A stretch of 64,000 nucleotides of DNA from Candidatus Omnitrophota bacterium (GTDB taxonomy: Bacteria > Omnitrophota > Gorgyraeia > 1-14-0-20-64-10): NCBI GenBank assembly GCA_016177405.1, contig JACOVG010000033.1, positions 41,486 through 105,485 of the forward strand, given 5' to 3'. Below the pieces are notes generated by a model, which searched no databases, was not told the origin of the DNA, and saw only the letters and a program-made list of their open reading frames with translations. A program made the position numbers and the translations under genes. This document shows, one piece after another, positions 8,863-17,681 of the stretch (positions within the stretch are counted from its first letter, which is position 1; each line of letters starts with the position of its first letter).

Positions 8863-11800
8863 CCATATTTCTGGTGCTCCAGGCGCGCCAGGGCGCTGTA
8901 GGCGCAGGGCACGACGAGCAGGGTCAGCACCGTTGAAACGATCACCCCGCCGATCACGGTGACGGCCATGGGGATGCGCGCCTCGGCGCCCGGGCCCAGC
9001 GCCATGGCCGGAGGCAGGGCGGCCGCGACCGTGGAGATGGAGGTCATCAGGATCGGCCTTAACCGGATGGGACAGGCGGCCAGCAGGGCTTCGGAAACCC
9101 CCTTCCCCTGCCGGCGCATCTGGTTGGTGAAGTCCACCAGCAGAATCGAGTTCTTCTTCACAATCCCCATCAGGAGAATGAGGCCGATGTAGCTCATGAT
9201 ATTGAGCGACTGATCCGCGATCCACAGGGCGATCAGCGCCCCCGAAAGAGAGAAGGGCAGGGCCAGCAGGACCGTGAAGGGGTGGACGTAAGAATTGTAT
9301 TGGCTGCCCAAAACCATGTAGGCGATCACAATCCCCAGCACCAGGGCAAAGACCAGACTGCCGACCGATTCCCGGAAGGTTTGGCTGGACCCTCCGAAGA
9401 CGGCCCGATAGCCTTCCGGGAGGACCTCCTTGGCGATCCGCTCGGCCTCATCCAGCGCGGCCGCCTGGGACTGGCCGGGGGCCACGTTGGCGAAAAGAGA
9501 GATCGCCCGCTCCCGCTGGCGGCGCGTGATGGTCAGCGGGGTCGCCTTCCTCTCCACGGTCACCACCTCGGACAAGGGCACCCTCTCTCCACGGTTGTTC
9601 CAGACCCACAGCTTCCGGACGTCCTCCTCCCGGCTGCGTTGGCTGGGGACCAGCCGAACGCGCACGTCGTATCTCCTGGCCCCTTTCGTGTATTTGGCGA
9701 CCCGCTCTCCGCCCACGGCGGCGTTGATCGTTCGGGCGACCGCCTCCATCCCCACCCCCCGCTGGGCCGCGGCTTCCCGGTTGGGCCGGACCTGAATCTC
9801 GACGGCCGGCTCCAGGAAATCGGTGTCCACGTCCACCAGGAGGGGGCTCTGGGCCATCCGCCGCCGGATCTCCTCGGCGTGAGCCCCCAGCTTATCCCAC
9901 TGGGGGCCGCGGACGGTGAGCTCGATGGGGAAGCCGCGCTGGGCCGAGAAGCCGCTTAAGGAAAGGTCCTGAACCGACGCCCGCACGTCGGGGATCTTGT
10001 TGAGCTCCTTTCTAAAGAGGGTCATCAGATCCTTTTGCGCCAGAGGCTTTTTGTTGGGCGCGACCACTGGCCTTTCGCGCGGGGGCTTGAAGGTCACAAA
10101 GAGAACCCCGGTGTTCACCTCGCCCCCGCCGAAGCCGCCGATCGCCCCGAAGTATCGTTTTATCTCCGGGCGGCTCATGGCGAAGGCCTCTGCTTTTTTG
10201 AAGCGCTCGTCGGTGAACCCCAGGGAAGAGCCCACCGGGGTCTGGAGGCGGACCAGGAACATGCTCTGATCCTGCGGCGGGACGAACTCCCGCCTTAGCC
10301 GAGGAGCAATGAGGAGAACCGACGCGGCAAAAAAAGCCGCGGCCGCCGCCAGGACCAAGCCGCGCCGGCCCAGGGCCAGGGCCAAGACCTTCCGGTATTG
10401 CCGGGCCAGCCACCCGAAGCCCCTCTCCGCCTCTTTCTCCACGGCCGTCTGTCTTTGGCCGACTTGAAGAAACTGCGCGCAGCGCATCGGCGCCAGCGTC
10501 AAGGCCTCCAGGAGGGAGAGGGCCACCGCCACCGAGATCGTCACCCCGAACTCAAAGAAGAAGCGGCCGATCAGCCCCTGCATGAAGGCCACCGGCAGAA
10601 AGATCGCCACGATCGCCAGGGTGGCCGCCAGCGCGGCGAAGGTGATCTGCCGCGCCCCCTGCCGGGCCGCCTCCACCCGGTCCAGGCCCATCTCCTGATG
10701 CCGGACGATGTTCTCCAGCACCATGATGGCGTCGTCCACCACGATCCCGATGGCCAGGGTCAGCCCCAGGATGGTGAAGGTGTTCAGGGTGAATCCCAGA
10801 AAAAAGGTCACGATGAAGGTCCCGAGGATGGAGGTGGGGATCGCCAGCAGGATGTTCAGGGTGGCCGACCAGGAGCCCAGGAAAAGCCAGCAGACCAGCG
10901 ACGTCAGGATGGCCGACAGAAAGAGGGTGAAGACCAGCTCCCGCATCGAATCTTCGATGAACCGGGTCCGGTTGAAGTTGACTCCCATCTCGATTCCCGG
11001 GGGCAGCTCCTTCTGGACCTCGGCCAGGCGCTCCAGGACCCGGCGGGCCACCGCCACCTCATTGGCCCCTCTCTGCTTGCGGATCCCGAGGCCCACGGCG
11101 GTGCTGCCCATCACCCGGGAGATTCGCCGCCGGTCGGCCAGGCCGTCTTCGATGGCGGCCACCTCTCGGAGGGTGATCGGCTTGTGGATGGGCTGGCCCC
11201 CCCGGGCGGCGATCACGAGGCCGCCGAATTCCTCCACCGAGGCCGCCTCCCCCATCGTCCGGACGTTGAACTCCTTCTCGGCCGTTTCGATCCGGCCGGC
11301 CGGGCGCTCGGCATGCTCCCGCTCGATCGCCGCGATCACGTCCCCCACGGTCAGCTGAAAGGCCTCCAGCTTCTCGGCGTCCAGCCAAACCCTTAAGTTG
11401 CGCTCGACCCACCCGCCCAGGAAAACCTCGCCCACCCCCTCGATCGTCTGGAAGCGGTCCTTGAGGCGGTCCTGCACGTATCCCATCAGATCCCTCAAGG
11501 GGATCTCGCCGGCCACACCCATCCAGATGATCGGCTGGTCCTGCGGGTTGGACTTGGTCACGACGGGCGGATCGATGTCCTCGGGCAGACGGCGCTGGGC
11601 CTGCGCCACCTTGGTCTGAACCTCCTGGAGCGCGGCGTCGATGTCCCTGTTGAGCTCGAACTCGACGGTCACGTTGGCCTGCCCCTGCCGGGTGTTTGAG
11701 GAGACCTCCCGGATCCCCTGGATGTTCATCACGGCATCTTCCAGAACGTCGACCACGTCGGTCTCCATCACCTCGGGCGCGGCCCCCTCCCAGGCGGCCG

Positions 11801-11942
11801 ACACGTTGATGATTGGGAAGTCCACATCCGGCATCTGGGAGACGCCCATCCCCAGAAAGCCGATCGCCCCAAAGAGGATGAGAGAAAACATCAGCATCCA
11901 GGCGAAAACCGGATTCTTGATGGAGAGGTCGGACAGGGTCAT
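8859..11942 (-). CDS. RND efflux transporter permease (AcrB/AcrD/AcrF family)
   Basis: 1027 aa, GIVVDDAIMVLENI, GIVKKNSILLVDF, RLRPILMTS, two periplasmic loops. Confidence 0.95.
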   Translation of the reverse strand: MTLSDLSIKNPVFAWMLMFSLILFGAIGFLGMGVSQMPDVDFPIINVSAAWEGAAPEVMETDVVDVLEDAVMNIQGIREVSSNTRQGQANVTVEFELNRDIDAALQEVQTKVAQAQRRLPEDIDPPVVTKSNPQDQPIIWMGVAGEIPLRDLMGYVQDRLKDRFQTIEGVGEVFLGGWVERNLRVWLDAEKLEAFQLTVGDVIAAIEREHAERPAGRIETAEKEFNVRTMGEAASVEEFGGLVIAARGGQPIHKPITLREVAAIEDGLADRRRISRVMGSTAVGLGIRKQRGANEVAVARRVLERLAEVQKELPPGIEMGVNFNRTRFIEDSMRELVFTLFLSAILTSLVCWLFLGSWSATLNILLAIPTSILGTFIVTFFLGFTLNTFTILGLTLAIGIVVDDAIMVLENIVRHQEMGLDRVEAARQGARQITFAALAATLAIVAIFLPVAFMQGLIGRFFFEFGVTISVAVALSLLEALTLAPMRCAQFLQVGQRQTAVEKEAERGFGWLARQYRKVLALALGRRGLVLAAAAAFFAASVLLIAPRLRREFVPPQDQSMFLVRLQTPVGSSLGFTDERFKKAEAFAMSRPEIKRYFGAIGGFGGGEVNTGVLFVTFKPPRERPVVAPNKKPLAQKDLMTLFRKELNKIPDVRASVQDLSLSGFSAQRGFPIELTVRGPQWDKLGAHAEEIRRRMAQSPLLVDVDTDFLEPAVEIQVRPNREAAAQRGVGMEAVARTINAAVGGERVAKYTKGARRYDVRVRLVPSQRSREEDVRKLWVWNNRGERVPLSEVVTVERKATPLTITRRQRERAISLFANVAPGQSQAAALDEAERIAKEVLPEGYRAVFGGSSQTFRESVGSLVFALVLGIVIAYMVLGSQYNSYVHPFTVLLALPFSLSGALIALWIADQSLNIMSYIGLILLMGIVKKNSILLVDFTNQMRRQGKGVSEALLAACPIRLRPILMTSISTVAAALPPAMALGPGAEARIPMAVTVIGGVIVSTVLTLLVVPCAYSALARLEHQKYG

Positions 11943-11945
11943 GGG

Positions 11946-13598
11946 TTAGGCGGGGATTTCCCCGGTGATCGCTTTGAATCTCAAGTAACGACGCTTGGCC
12001 TCGTACTGGGCCTGGGTGAGCTGGCGCCGGGCTTCCTGAAGCTCCTGAAGGCTTTCGAGGTACCGGATCGGGCTCACGAGCCGGTATCGAAACTCCTCGC
12101 TTTGGGCCGCGTGGCTGTCCGAGACGGCCTTCCAGGCCTGAGCCAAAGCGCCGGCCTCACCCAGGGCGGACTGCACCCGAGAGTAGGCGTCCCTGATCTC
12201 GGAAAGGGCCTTGCGCTGGGTTTCGGTGAGCGTGAGCCGGGTTTGGCGCTCGCCCGAGGCCGCCTCCGCGACCGCGCCGCGGGTTTGGCCTCCCTCAAAA
12301 ATGGGAACCTCCACCTTCAGAGCGGCATCCCAGTCCACCTCCTTGGAAGCGCCAACCCTTTCCACGAAATAGTTGCCCTCCAAATTCACGGTGGGCCACC
12401 GTCCGGCCTTGGCCAGCCGAACGCTCTCGTGGGCCGCCTGGCTGGATTCCTGCGCCGCCAGCACATCCGGCCGGGAGAAGGCCTTGGCCAGGTAGGTTTC
12501 CGGCGGGTCAAGCCGAAAGGGATAAGGATCGGTTTCCTTCACCAGGGGAAGGGGTTCCACGCCGGTTAAAAATTCGAGGAGCTGGCGGGCCAACCCTTGC
12601 TGAAGAGCGGCCTGCTCCATTTCGGCATCCAACCGGTGGAGATCGGCTTGCGCCCGGTGAGCCTCGCTGGCCTTAAGCCATCCCAGCCGTTCCCGCTCTC
12701 TCACCTGGGCCAATCGCTCCAGGAGGGTTGTCCGGATCGAGGCCAGGGCCTCAAGCTCCTCCTGTTGCCTAAGAAGCTCCACAAAGGCCTCCGCCACATC
12801 GACAAAAAGGAGCTGCTCGGCCCTTCGTTTCTCCTGAAGACGCTGCCGGCCCTCCGCCTTTGTGCCGGCCATGGCGGCGAACTCCTTGAAACCGGAAAAG
12901 AGGGGCTGGCTCATGACAAACTTTCTCTCCGGAACCTCTTTGAGGGTGAAGGCGGAGCCGCCGCTGCCGTCCTGCCGCTTGTCGGAGGAGGAGAAGGTGA
13001 CCCGCGGGAGAATGCCGCTTATGGCCTGGGTGAAGCGGGCCTCGGTCTCGGTGATCAGCTCCTTTTGGATGGCCACCGTCTCGCTTCGCGCGAGGGCCAG
13101 CCGGTAGCATTCTTCCAGGGTCAGCGGCCCTGAAGGGGAAGCCTCTTGGGCCAAGGCCGGAAGGGTAAGCCCGAACAGGAAAACGGTCAAGAGGATCTTG
13201 CGGAGGAGGGCGAGATAGGCGGCTTGCTCCCTCGCGCTAAGATTCTTCAGCATCGCCCCCATGGTTTTTCGCCGCATCTTGCCAAACTGCATGAAGAGCA
13301 GGCGGCCCTTGGGGGTGATCGAAACCCAGACGACGCGGCGGTCCGCCTCGTCGCGGCCTCTGGCCGCCAGGCCCCCTCGCACCATCCGGTCCACCAATCC
13401 GGTGGCCGCGCTCATCTGAATTCCAAGCAGAAGGGAAAGCTCGCGCATCTTCTGGCGCCGGTGGCGAAGCAGGGCGTCCAGGATCACCACCTGGGGCAGG
13501 GTGAGGGTGCCGTAGCCCTTCAAGCCCCGCTCCCGGCGGACGATCCGCCGGAAGAGGGCGAGGACCAGCTCGAACAGTTCTTGCGGAGCGCTGGGCAT
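11946..13598 (-). CDS. MarR-family regulator fused to TolC-family outer-membrane efflux protein
   Basis: aa ~1-135 MarR wHTH (LTLPQVVILDAL, SAATGLVDRMV, DEADRRVVWVSITPKG). Internal signal peptide RKILLTVFLFGLTLPALA-QE. Then OEP (LTLEECYRLALARS, QPLFSG, VPIFEGG). No intervening stop. Confidence 0.85.
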   Translation of the reverse strand: MPSAPQELFELVLALFRRIVRRERGLKGYGTLTLPQVVILDALLRHRRQKMRELSLLLGIQMSAATGLVDRMVRGGLAARGRDEADRRVVWVSITPKGRLLFMQFGKMRRKTMGAMLKNLSAREQAAYLALLRKILLTVFLFGLTLPALAQEASPSGPLTLEECYRLALARSETVAIQKELITETEARFTQAISGILPRVTFSSSDKRQDGSGGSAFTLKEVPERKFVMSQPLFSGFKEFAAMAGTKAEGRQRLQEKRRAEQLLFVDVAEAFVELLRQQEELEALASIRTTLLERLAQVRERERLGWLKASEAHRAQADLHRLDAEMEQAALQQGLARQLLEFLTGVEPLPLVKETDPYPFRLDPPETYLAKAFSRPDVLAAQESSQAAHESVRLAKAGRWPTVNLEGNYFVERVGASKEVDWDAALKVEVPIFEGGQTRGAVAEAASGERQTRLTLTETQRKALSEIRDAYSRVQSALGEAGALAQAWKAVSDSHAAQSEEFRYRLVSPIRYLESLQELQEARRQLTQAQYEAKRRYLRFKAITGEIPA

Positions 13599-13611
13599 GG
13601 TTACCTATTAC

Positions 13612-13642
13612 TTCGTGCACATGAAATGTTCATATATATAAA
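13612..13642. promoter_or_regulatory. Two tandem imperfect palindromes, candidate MarR operators
   Basis: TTCGTGCACATGAA and TTCATATATATAAA lie between a minus-strand TTGACG-18-TATTTT promoter and the MarR start. Confidence 0.55.
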
Positions 13643-13697
13643 ATAACACACTCCCCCCAAGCCCGTCAACCCTGGAATGTGCTACACTACCCCCGAC

Positions 13698-14915
13698 ATG
13701 CCCCGCGACCGACTCCTCATTTACGCCGCCGGCTTCTTGAGGGCCTTGGGGGTGGGCCTGGTGGGGGTTTTGTTTGCCTTGTACCTCGCCGCCAGGGGGT
13801 TCCACACCGGGCAGATCGGACTGCTGGTGGCCGCGGGGATAGCCGGCAACGCCCTGGCCACCTTCGGGGTGAGCTTTTTCGCCGACCGCCTGGGGCGCCG
13901 GAGGACCCTCCTCGCGCTTTCCGCTTTGATCGTGGTCGGTGGAGCTGGCCTGGTTCTCTTGCCCCGCTTTCTTCCCCTGGCCTTCGTGTCGTTTCTGGGG
14001 ATGGTCAACGCCATGGGGCGCGAGCGGGGCGCCCTGTTCACCCTGGAGCAGGCGATCATCCCGGCGACGGCCGACGACCGGCACCGGACCCAGGCCCTGG
14101 CCTGGTACAACGTGGTGTTGGACGCGGGTCAGGCCCTGGGCTCCCTCTTGGGCGGCGTGCCCTTTCTTTTGCGGCGAAGCCTCGGATGGGAGGATCTGGC
14201 TTCCTACCAGGCGGCCTTCGCCGGATACGCTGTCTTGGGGCTGGCGGGCTTCTTCCTCTATATGGGCTTAAGCCGGAGGGTGGAGGTCGCGGGCCCCGGC
14301 TCCCTGCCTGCCGGTCTCAAGGCCTGGCGGGGCATCTCTGGCCCCTCCCGAAGGATCATCACCCGGATTTCCCTCCTCTTTGGGATGGACTCGATCGGCG
14401 GAGGATTCCTTCCCTCGTCCCTCATCGCCTACTGGTTCTTCAAGCGGTTTGGGATCGGGGAGGAGTGGCTGGCCCCTCTTTTCTTTGTGGCCCATGTGGC
14501 CAACGCCTTCTCGTATCTGGCGGCGGCCTGGATCTCCCGCCGGATCGGCCTGGTTCGGACGATGGTCTTCACCCATCTGCCGTCCAACGTGTGTCTTCTC
14601 GCGATTCCCTTCGCCCCAAGCCTTCCCGCGGCGGCGGCTCTGTATCTTCTGCGGGAGTGTCTGGTGGAGATGGATGTCCCCACCCGGCAGTCTTACGTGA
14701 TGGCGGTGGTGGCGCCGGCCGAGCGGACGGTGGCGGCCGGGGTGACGAATCTCACCCGCCTGATCGCCTGGACGATTGCCCCGGGGATAGCGGGTTTTGC
14801 CATGAAGGGGCTGGCCATGAGCTTTCCCCTCTTGGCCGGCGGAGGCATCAAGATCGTTTACGACCTCACCCTCTACCGTTCCTTCCGCCACGTCAGGCCC
14901 CCCGAGGAGCGGTAA
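13698..14915 (+). CDS. MFS transporter
   Basis: Motif A (ADRLGRRRTL), about 12 TM helices, EMDVPTRQSY. Confidence 0.9.
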   Translation: MPRDRLLIYAAGFLRALGVGLVGVLFALYLAARGFHTGQIGLLVAAGIAGNALATFGVSFFADRLGRRRTLLALSALIVVGGAGLVLLPRFLPLAFVSFLGMVNAMGRERGALFTLEQAIIPATADDRHRTQALAWYNVVLDAGQALGSLLGGVPFLLRRSLGWEDLASYQAAFAGYAVLGLAGFFLYMGLSRRVEVAGPGSLPAGLKAWRGISGPSRRIITRISLLFGMDSIGGGFLPSSLIAYWFFKRFGIGEEWLAPLFFVAHVANAFSYLAAAWISRRIGLVRTMVFTHLPSNVCLLAIPFAPSLPAAAALYLLRECLVEMDVPTRQSYVMAVVAPAERTVAAGVTNLTRLIAWTIAPGIAGFAMKGLAMSFPLLAGGGIKIVYDLTLYRSFRHVRPPEER

Positions 14916-15275
14916 ATGAGAAGGGTCCTGGTGGACGGCAACAACGTGCTGGCAGCGCTGGGGCTTGCTCGAGGAGGCACCGCCGGCGCCGAGGCGTTTC
15001 TCCAGAAGCTGGAGATGGCCGCCGCCTCCAAGGATTGGGAGGCGACCGTGGTCTTTGACGGGCCCGAGCGTTTCCTCTCCAGGCCGACCGGCCCCCTCGT
15101 CGTCAGGTACGCGGCCAAGGGCCAAACTGCCGACAGCGTAATTGAGCGGGCCGTTTACGAAACAGCCGACCGGCTCTCCACCGTCGTGGTGACCCAGGAC
15201 CAGCCCCAAGCCGATCTGGTCCGGGGGCTGGGCGCCGTCGTCTGGACCCCCCGCCGCCTGCTGGAAGAGATGTGA
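14916..15275 (+). CDS. YacP-like NYN/PIN domain protein (putative RNase)
   Basis: VLVDGNNVL, VVFDG, TADSVI, VVTQD. Confidence 0.8.
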   Translation: MRRVLVDGNNVLAALGLARGGTAGAEAFLQKLEMAAASKDWEATVVFDGPERFLSRPTGPLVVRYAAKGQTADSVIERAVYETADRLSTVVVTQDQPQADLVRGLGAVVWTPRRLLEEM

Positions 15276-15283
15276 TATATTGC

Positions 15284-15311
15284 AGGGTGCCAGGATTTAT
15301 CCTGGCACCCT
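15284..15311. repeat. Perfect palindrome, copy 1 (second copy at 62497)
   Basis: AGGGTGCCAGGAT-TT-ATCCTGGCACCCT, located between a TATATT -10-like box and the SD of gene 15334. Confidence 0.8.
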
Positions 15312-15333
15312 ATCCATAGAGGAGGGCAACCGG

Positions 15334-17667
15334 ATGATACGCCGAGGGCTGGCCTCACTTATCCTCGTCACCTATACTGCCTCCTTCATCCTTTCGCCGG
15401 CTCCCGGCTTTGCTCAAGACCCGACCGATTCTCCGCAAGAAACCCCCGCTGCCGGAGCTCGCCTCTTTACCGTTAAAGAGCAAGCCCAAGCATTGGGCTC
15501 TGATCCGCAGAGGATCTTCCGGTTCGTCTCCGATCAGATCCGTTACGAATCCTACGCCGGCGTCTTAAGGGGCTCCGAGGGGACCCTGCTGGCCCAGGCG
15601 GGCAACAGCTTCGACAAATCACTGCTTCTGGCCGCCCTGTTGAAAGAAGCAGGAGTGGAATTCCGTTTTGTTCGAGGAATCCTGGAGCCAGGGGCGATGG
15701 ATCGAACGATCGCCTCGATGCTCACGCCACAACCCCTGGAATCTTCCCTGCCCGGTGAGTCCCCCGGGACGGATTTTTCCAAGCTGACCCATGAACAGCA
15801 GGAGTTTCTGGAAGAAGGATACGACCGCTACGCCGCCATGCTTGAGCGGATTCAGGAAAGGACCGATGAGAACTTCAAGTGGCTGGCCGACCTGCTGGAG
15901 GCCAACGGGATCTCCGCCCCACAGGAGATTCCGGATCAGGTGAGGCCCTTAAGGAAGGAACTCGAAGAGCATCTCTGGCTCGAGGCCAAGCTTGGCGAGG
16001 AATGGGTGGCGATGGATCCCTCTGTCCCGGCCGCCCCCATCGGCCAAGCCTTTGGCAAGCCGCAGGATTACCCGGCCGAGATCCCCAAGGATCTGCTTCA
16101 TTGGATCAACCTTTCGATCTGGATCCGCTCGGGGGCTGCCGCGGGTCAGCAGGATAAGCACATCGTCTCACACGACGTCCCCGCCTTCTTCCTCTTTGGC
16201 AAGTCTGTCACGATCGCCAACACCCCAGAGGCCGGTTTGGCCGGCTTGGGAAGCATGATGGGAGGGATGCTCGAGGGGAAGACTGGAACCACCTTTTATC
16301 CCGCCATTCAGATTGGAACCCAGACCTATGAGGGCGAAGCAGTCACCTGGGCCCCTCCCCGGCCGGCTTCCACCGCCTCCAAGCCCAAGCGCGGTGGAGG
16401 GCTCTTTGGGGGGCTCGATGTTTTGGACGAGGCCGTCCGTCCGGAAGAGGCCGCCAAAGACAACGCCAAGCAATCCCTGCCGATCACGGAGTGGGTGGAA
16501 GCCACCCTTCGATCTCCCGGAGGCGGCGTGGAGAAGCTGAAGTGGAACCTCTTCCATTGGGACGCCAGCTCCGGCGGCAATCCCGATCCCACCGCGGCCT
16601 CATGGGAGCTGTCGGTGATCTCAGGCAAGGTTCTTTATCCGGTCCTGGGCCGCCTCTTAAGACGGGCCCTCTTTTCCGCCAGCCCCGACTCCGCCTGGAG
16701 GATGAGCTCCTATCTCAACTACAACCATGCCTTCCTCCGGGATGAGATGCTCGATTACGTTTATGAGCCCAGCGATGCCATCCGCTACGTCGATTCTCCC
16801 CATCTGGCGGTCACCGAGATCGCCCTCCAGGAGAACCAAGCCCTCTCCTTGAAGATGAACCTGGTAAGACCGGCCAGAAGGGTTCTCCTGCCAGCGGATG
16901 CTCCCCCAGAGCGCTGGCAGCGGCTCTTCTTTGAACAGCTCTTCATGGGGGTTCTCGATGCCCAGATTGAGCGGGCGGTGGTGGAGGAGACTGTTTCTCA
17001 AGAGGAGGGTGCCTTGGCCTGGGTCGACAGCGTTCCCTCCCTCTTTGAGAAGGCCAAGGAGCAGGGAATCCCCCTCTGGGTTTTGACGCAGGCCTCCTCC
17101 GATAAGGTGAAGCAGCTTTCAACCTCGGAAGCGGTGAAGACCCGCCTGAGAGAGCAGCTTGCGGCCGGCAACGCCCTGGTGATTCCCAGCCGCCCGGTCG
17201 CCATCGGCTCCCAATCTCGACTGGGCTGGTGGCGGGTGGTGCTCGCGACCGGCCAGACCCAAGACGAGACCCCCGAGGGCCAGCATCAGGCCTCGACGGA
17301 GAAGGCCGTGCTGGAGACTCACGCGACCACCACCGCCACCCGGGCGATGCAGGCGTTCCAGAAGGTTCTCTGCAGCAAGATCGCGACGATCGCCTTTGTG
17401 ATCCTCTCCGCGGTAGCTACGGAAGCCACCATGGGGAGTATGGGCTCCGTCCTCCAGGATCTCATGGAGCAGGTCGGAAACATCCCAGCCTGCCCCGTGA
17501 AGAAGCCCCCCCTGCGGCCTAAGCCGCCTGCGCCTCCGATCAGAAGACCCAGGCAAAATTGGCCCAGGCCTCAAAACCAGAGGCAGCCGCCCCGCCCCGA
17601 CATCCCGGACAGGCGCCGCCGGCCCGAGGCGTATTACCCCTCCTCCCGCTCCCCCAGGGGCCACTAG
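15334..17667 (+). CDS. Secreted transglutaminase-like-domain protein with Pro/Arg-rich C-terminal tail
   Basis: Signal peptide (GFA-Q). IFRFVSDQIRYESY..GTLLAQAGNSFDKSLLLAALL..FVRG and HLWLE..WVAMDPS match a transglutaminase-like core with Ser at the Cys position. GGAGG SD. Confidence 0.7.
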   Translation: MIRRGLASLILVTYTASFILSPAPGFAQDPTDSPQETPAAGARLFTVKEQAQALGSDPQRIFRFVSDQIRYESYAGVLRGSEGTLLAQAGNSFDKSLLLAALLKEAGVEFRFVRGILEPGAMDRTIASMLTPQPLESSLPGESPGTDFSKLTHEQQEFLEEGYDRYAAMLERIQERTDENFKWLADLLEANGISAPQEIPDQVRPLRKELEEHLWLEAKLGEEWVAMDPSVPAAPIGQAFGKPQDYPAEIPKDLLHWINLSIWIRSGAAAGQQDKHIVSHDVPAFFLFGKSVTIANTPEAGLAGLGSMMGGMLEGKTGTTFYPAIQIGTQTYEGEAVTWAPPRPASTASKPKRGGGLFGGLDVLDEAVRPEEAAKDNAKQSLPITEWVEATLRSPGGGVEKLKWNLFHWDASSGGNPDPTAASWELSVISGKVLYPVLGRLLRRALFSASPDSAWRMSSYLNYNHAFLRDEMLDYVYEPSDAIRYVDSPHLAVTEIALQENQALSLKMNLVRPARRVLLPADAPPERWQRLFFEQLFMGVLDAQIERAVVEETVSQEEGALAWVDSVPSLFEKAKEQGIPLWVLTQASSDKVKQLSTSEAVKTRLREQLAAGNALVIPSRPVAIGSQSRLGWWRVVLATGQTQDETPEGQHQASTEKAVLETHATTTATRAMQAFQKVLCSKIATIAFVILSAVATEATMGSMGSVLQDLMEQVGNIPACPVKKPPLRPKPPAPPIRRPRQNWPRPQNQRQPPRPDIPDRRRRPEAYYPSSRSPRGH

Positions 17668-17681
17668 CGGAGATGGACGAA

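Noticed and set aside
13679-15058. 459-aa plus-strand ORF overlapping the MFS gene
   Set aside because: Alternative frame, Gly/Pro/Arg-rich. The MFS frame has clear family motifs.
17559-17681. Longer N-terminus for the vWA protein given by the ORF track
   Set aside because: It overlaps the upstream gene. ATG 17682 has a GGAG SD and yields a signal peptide.
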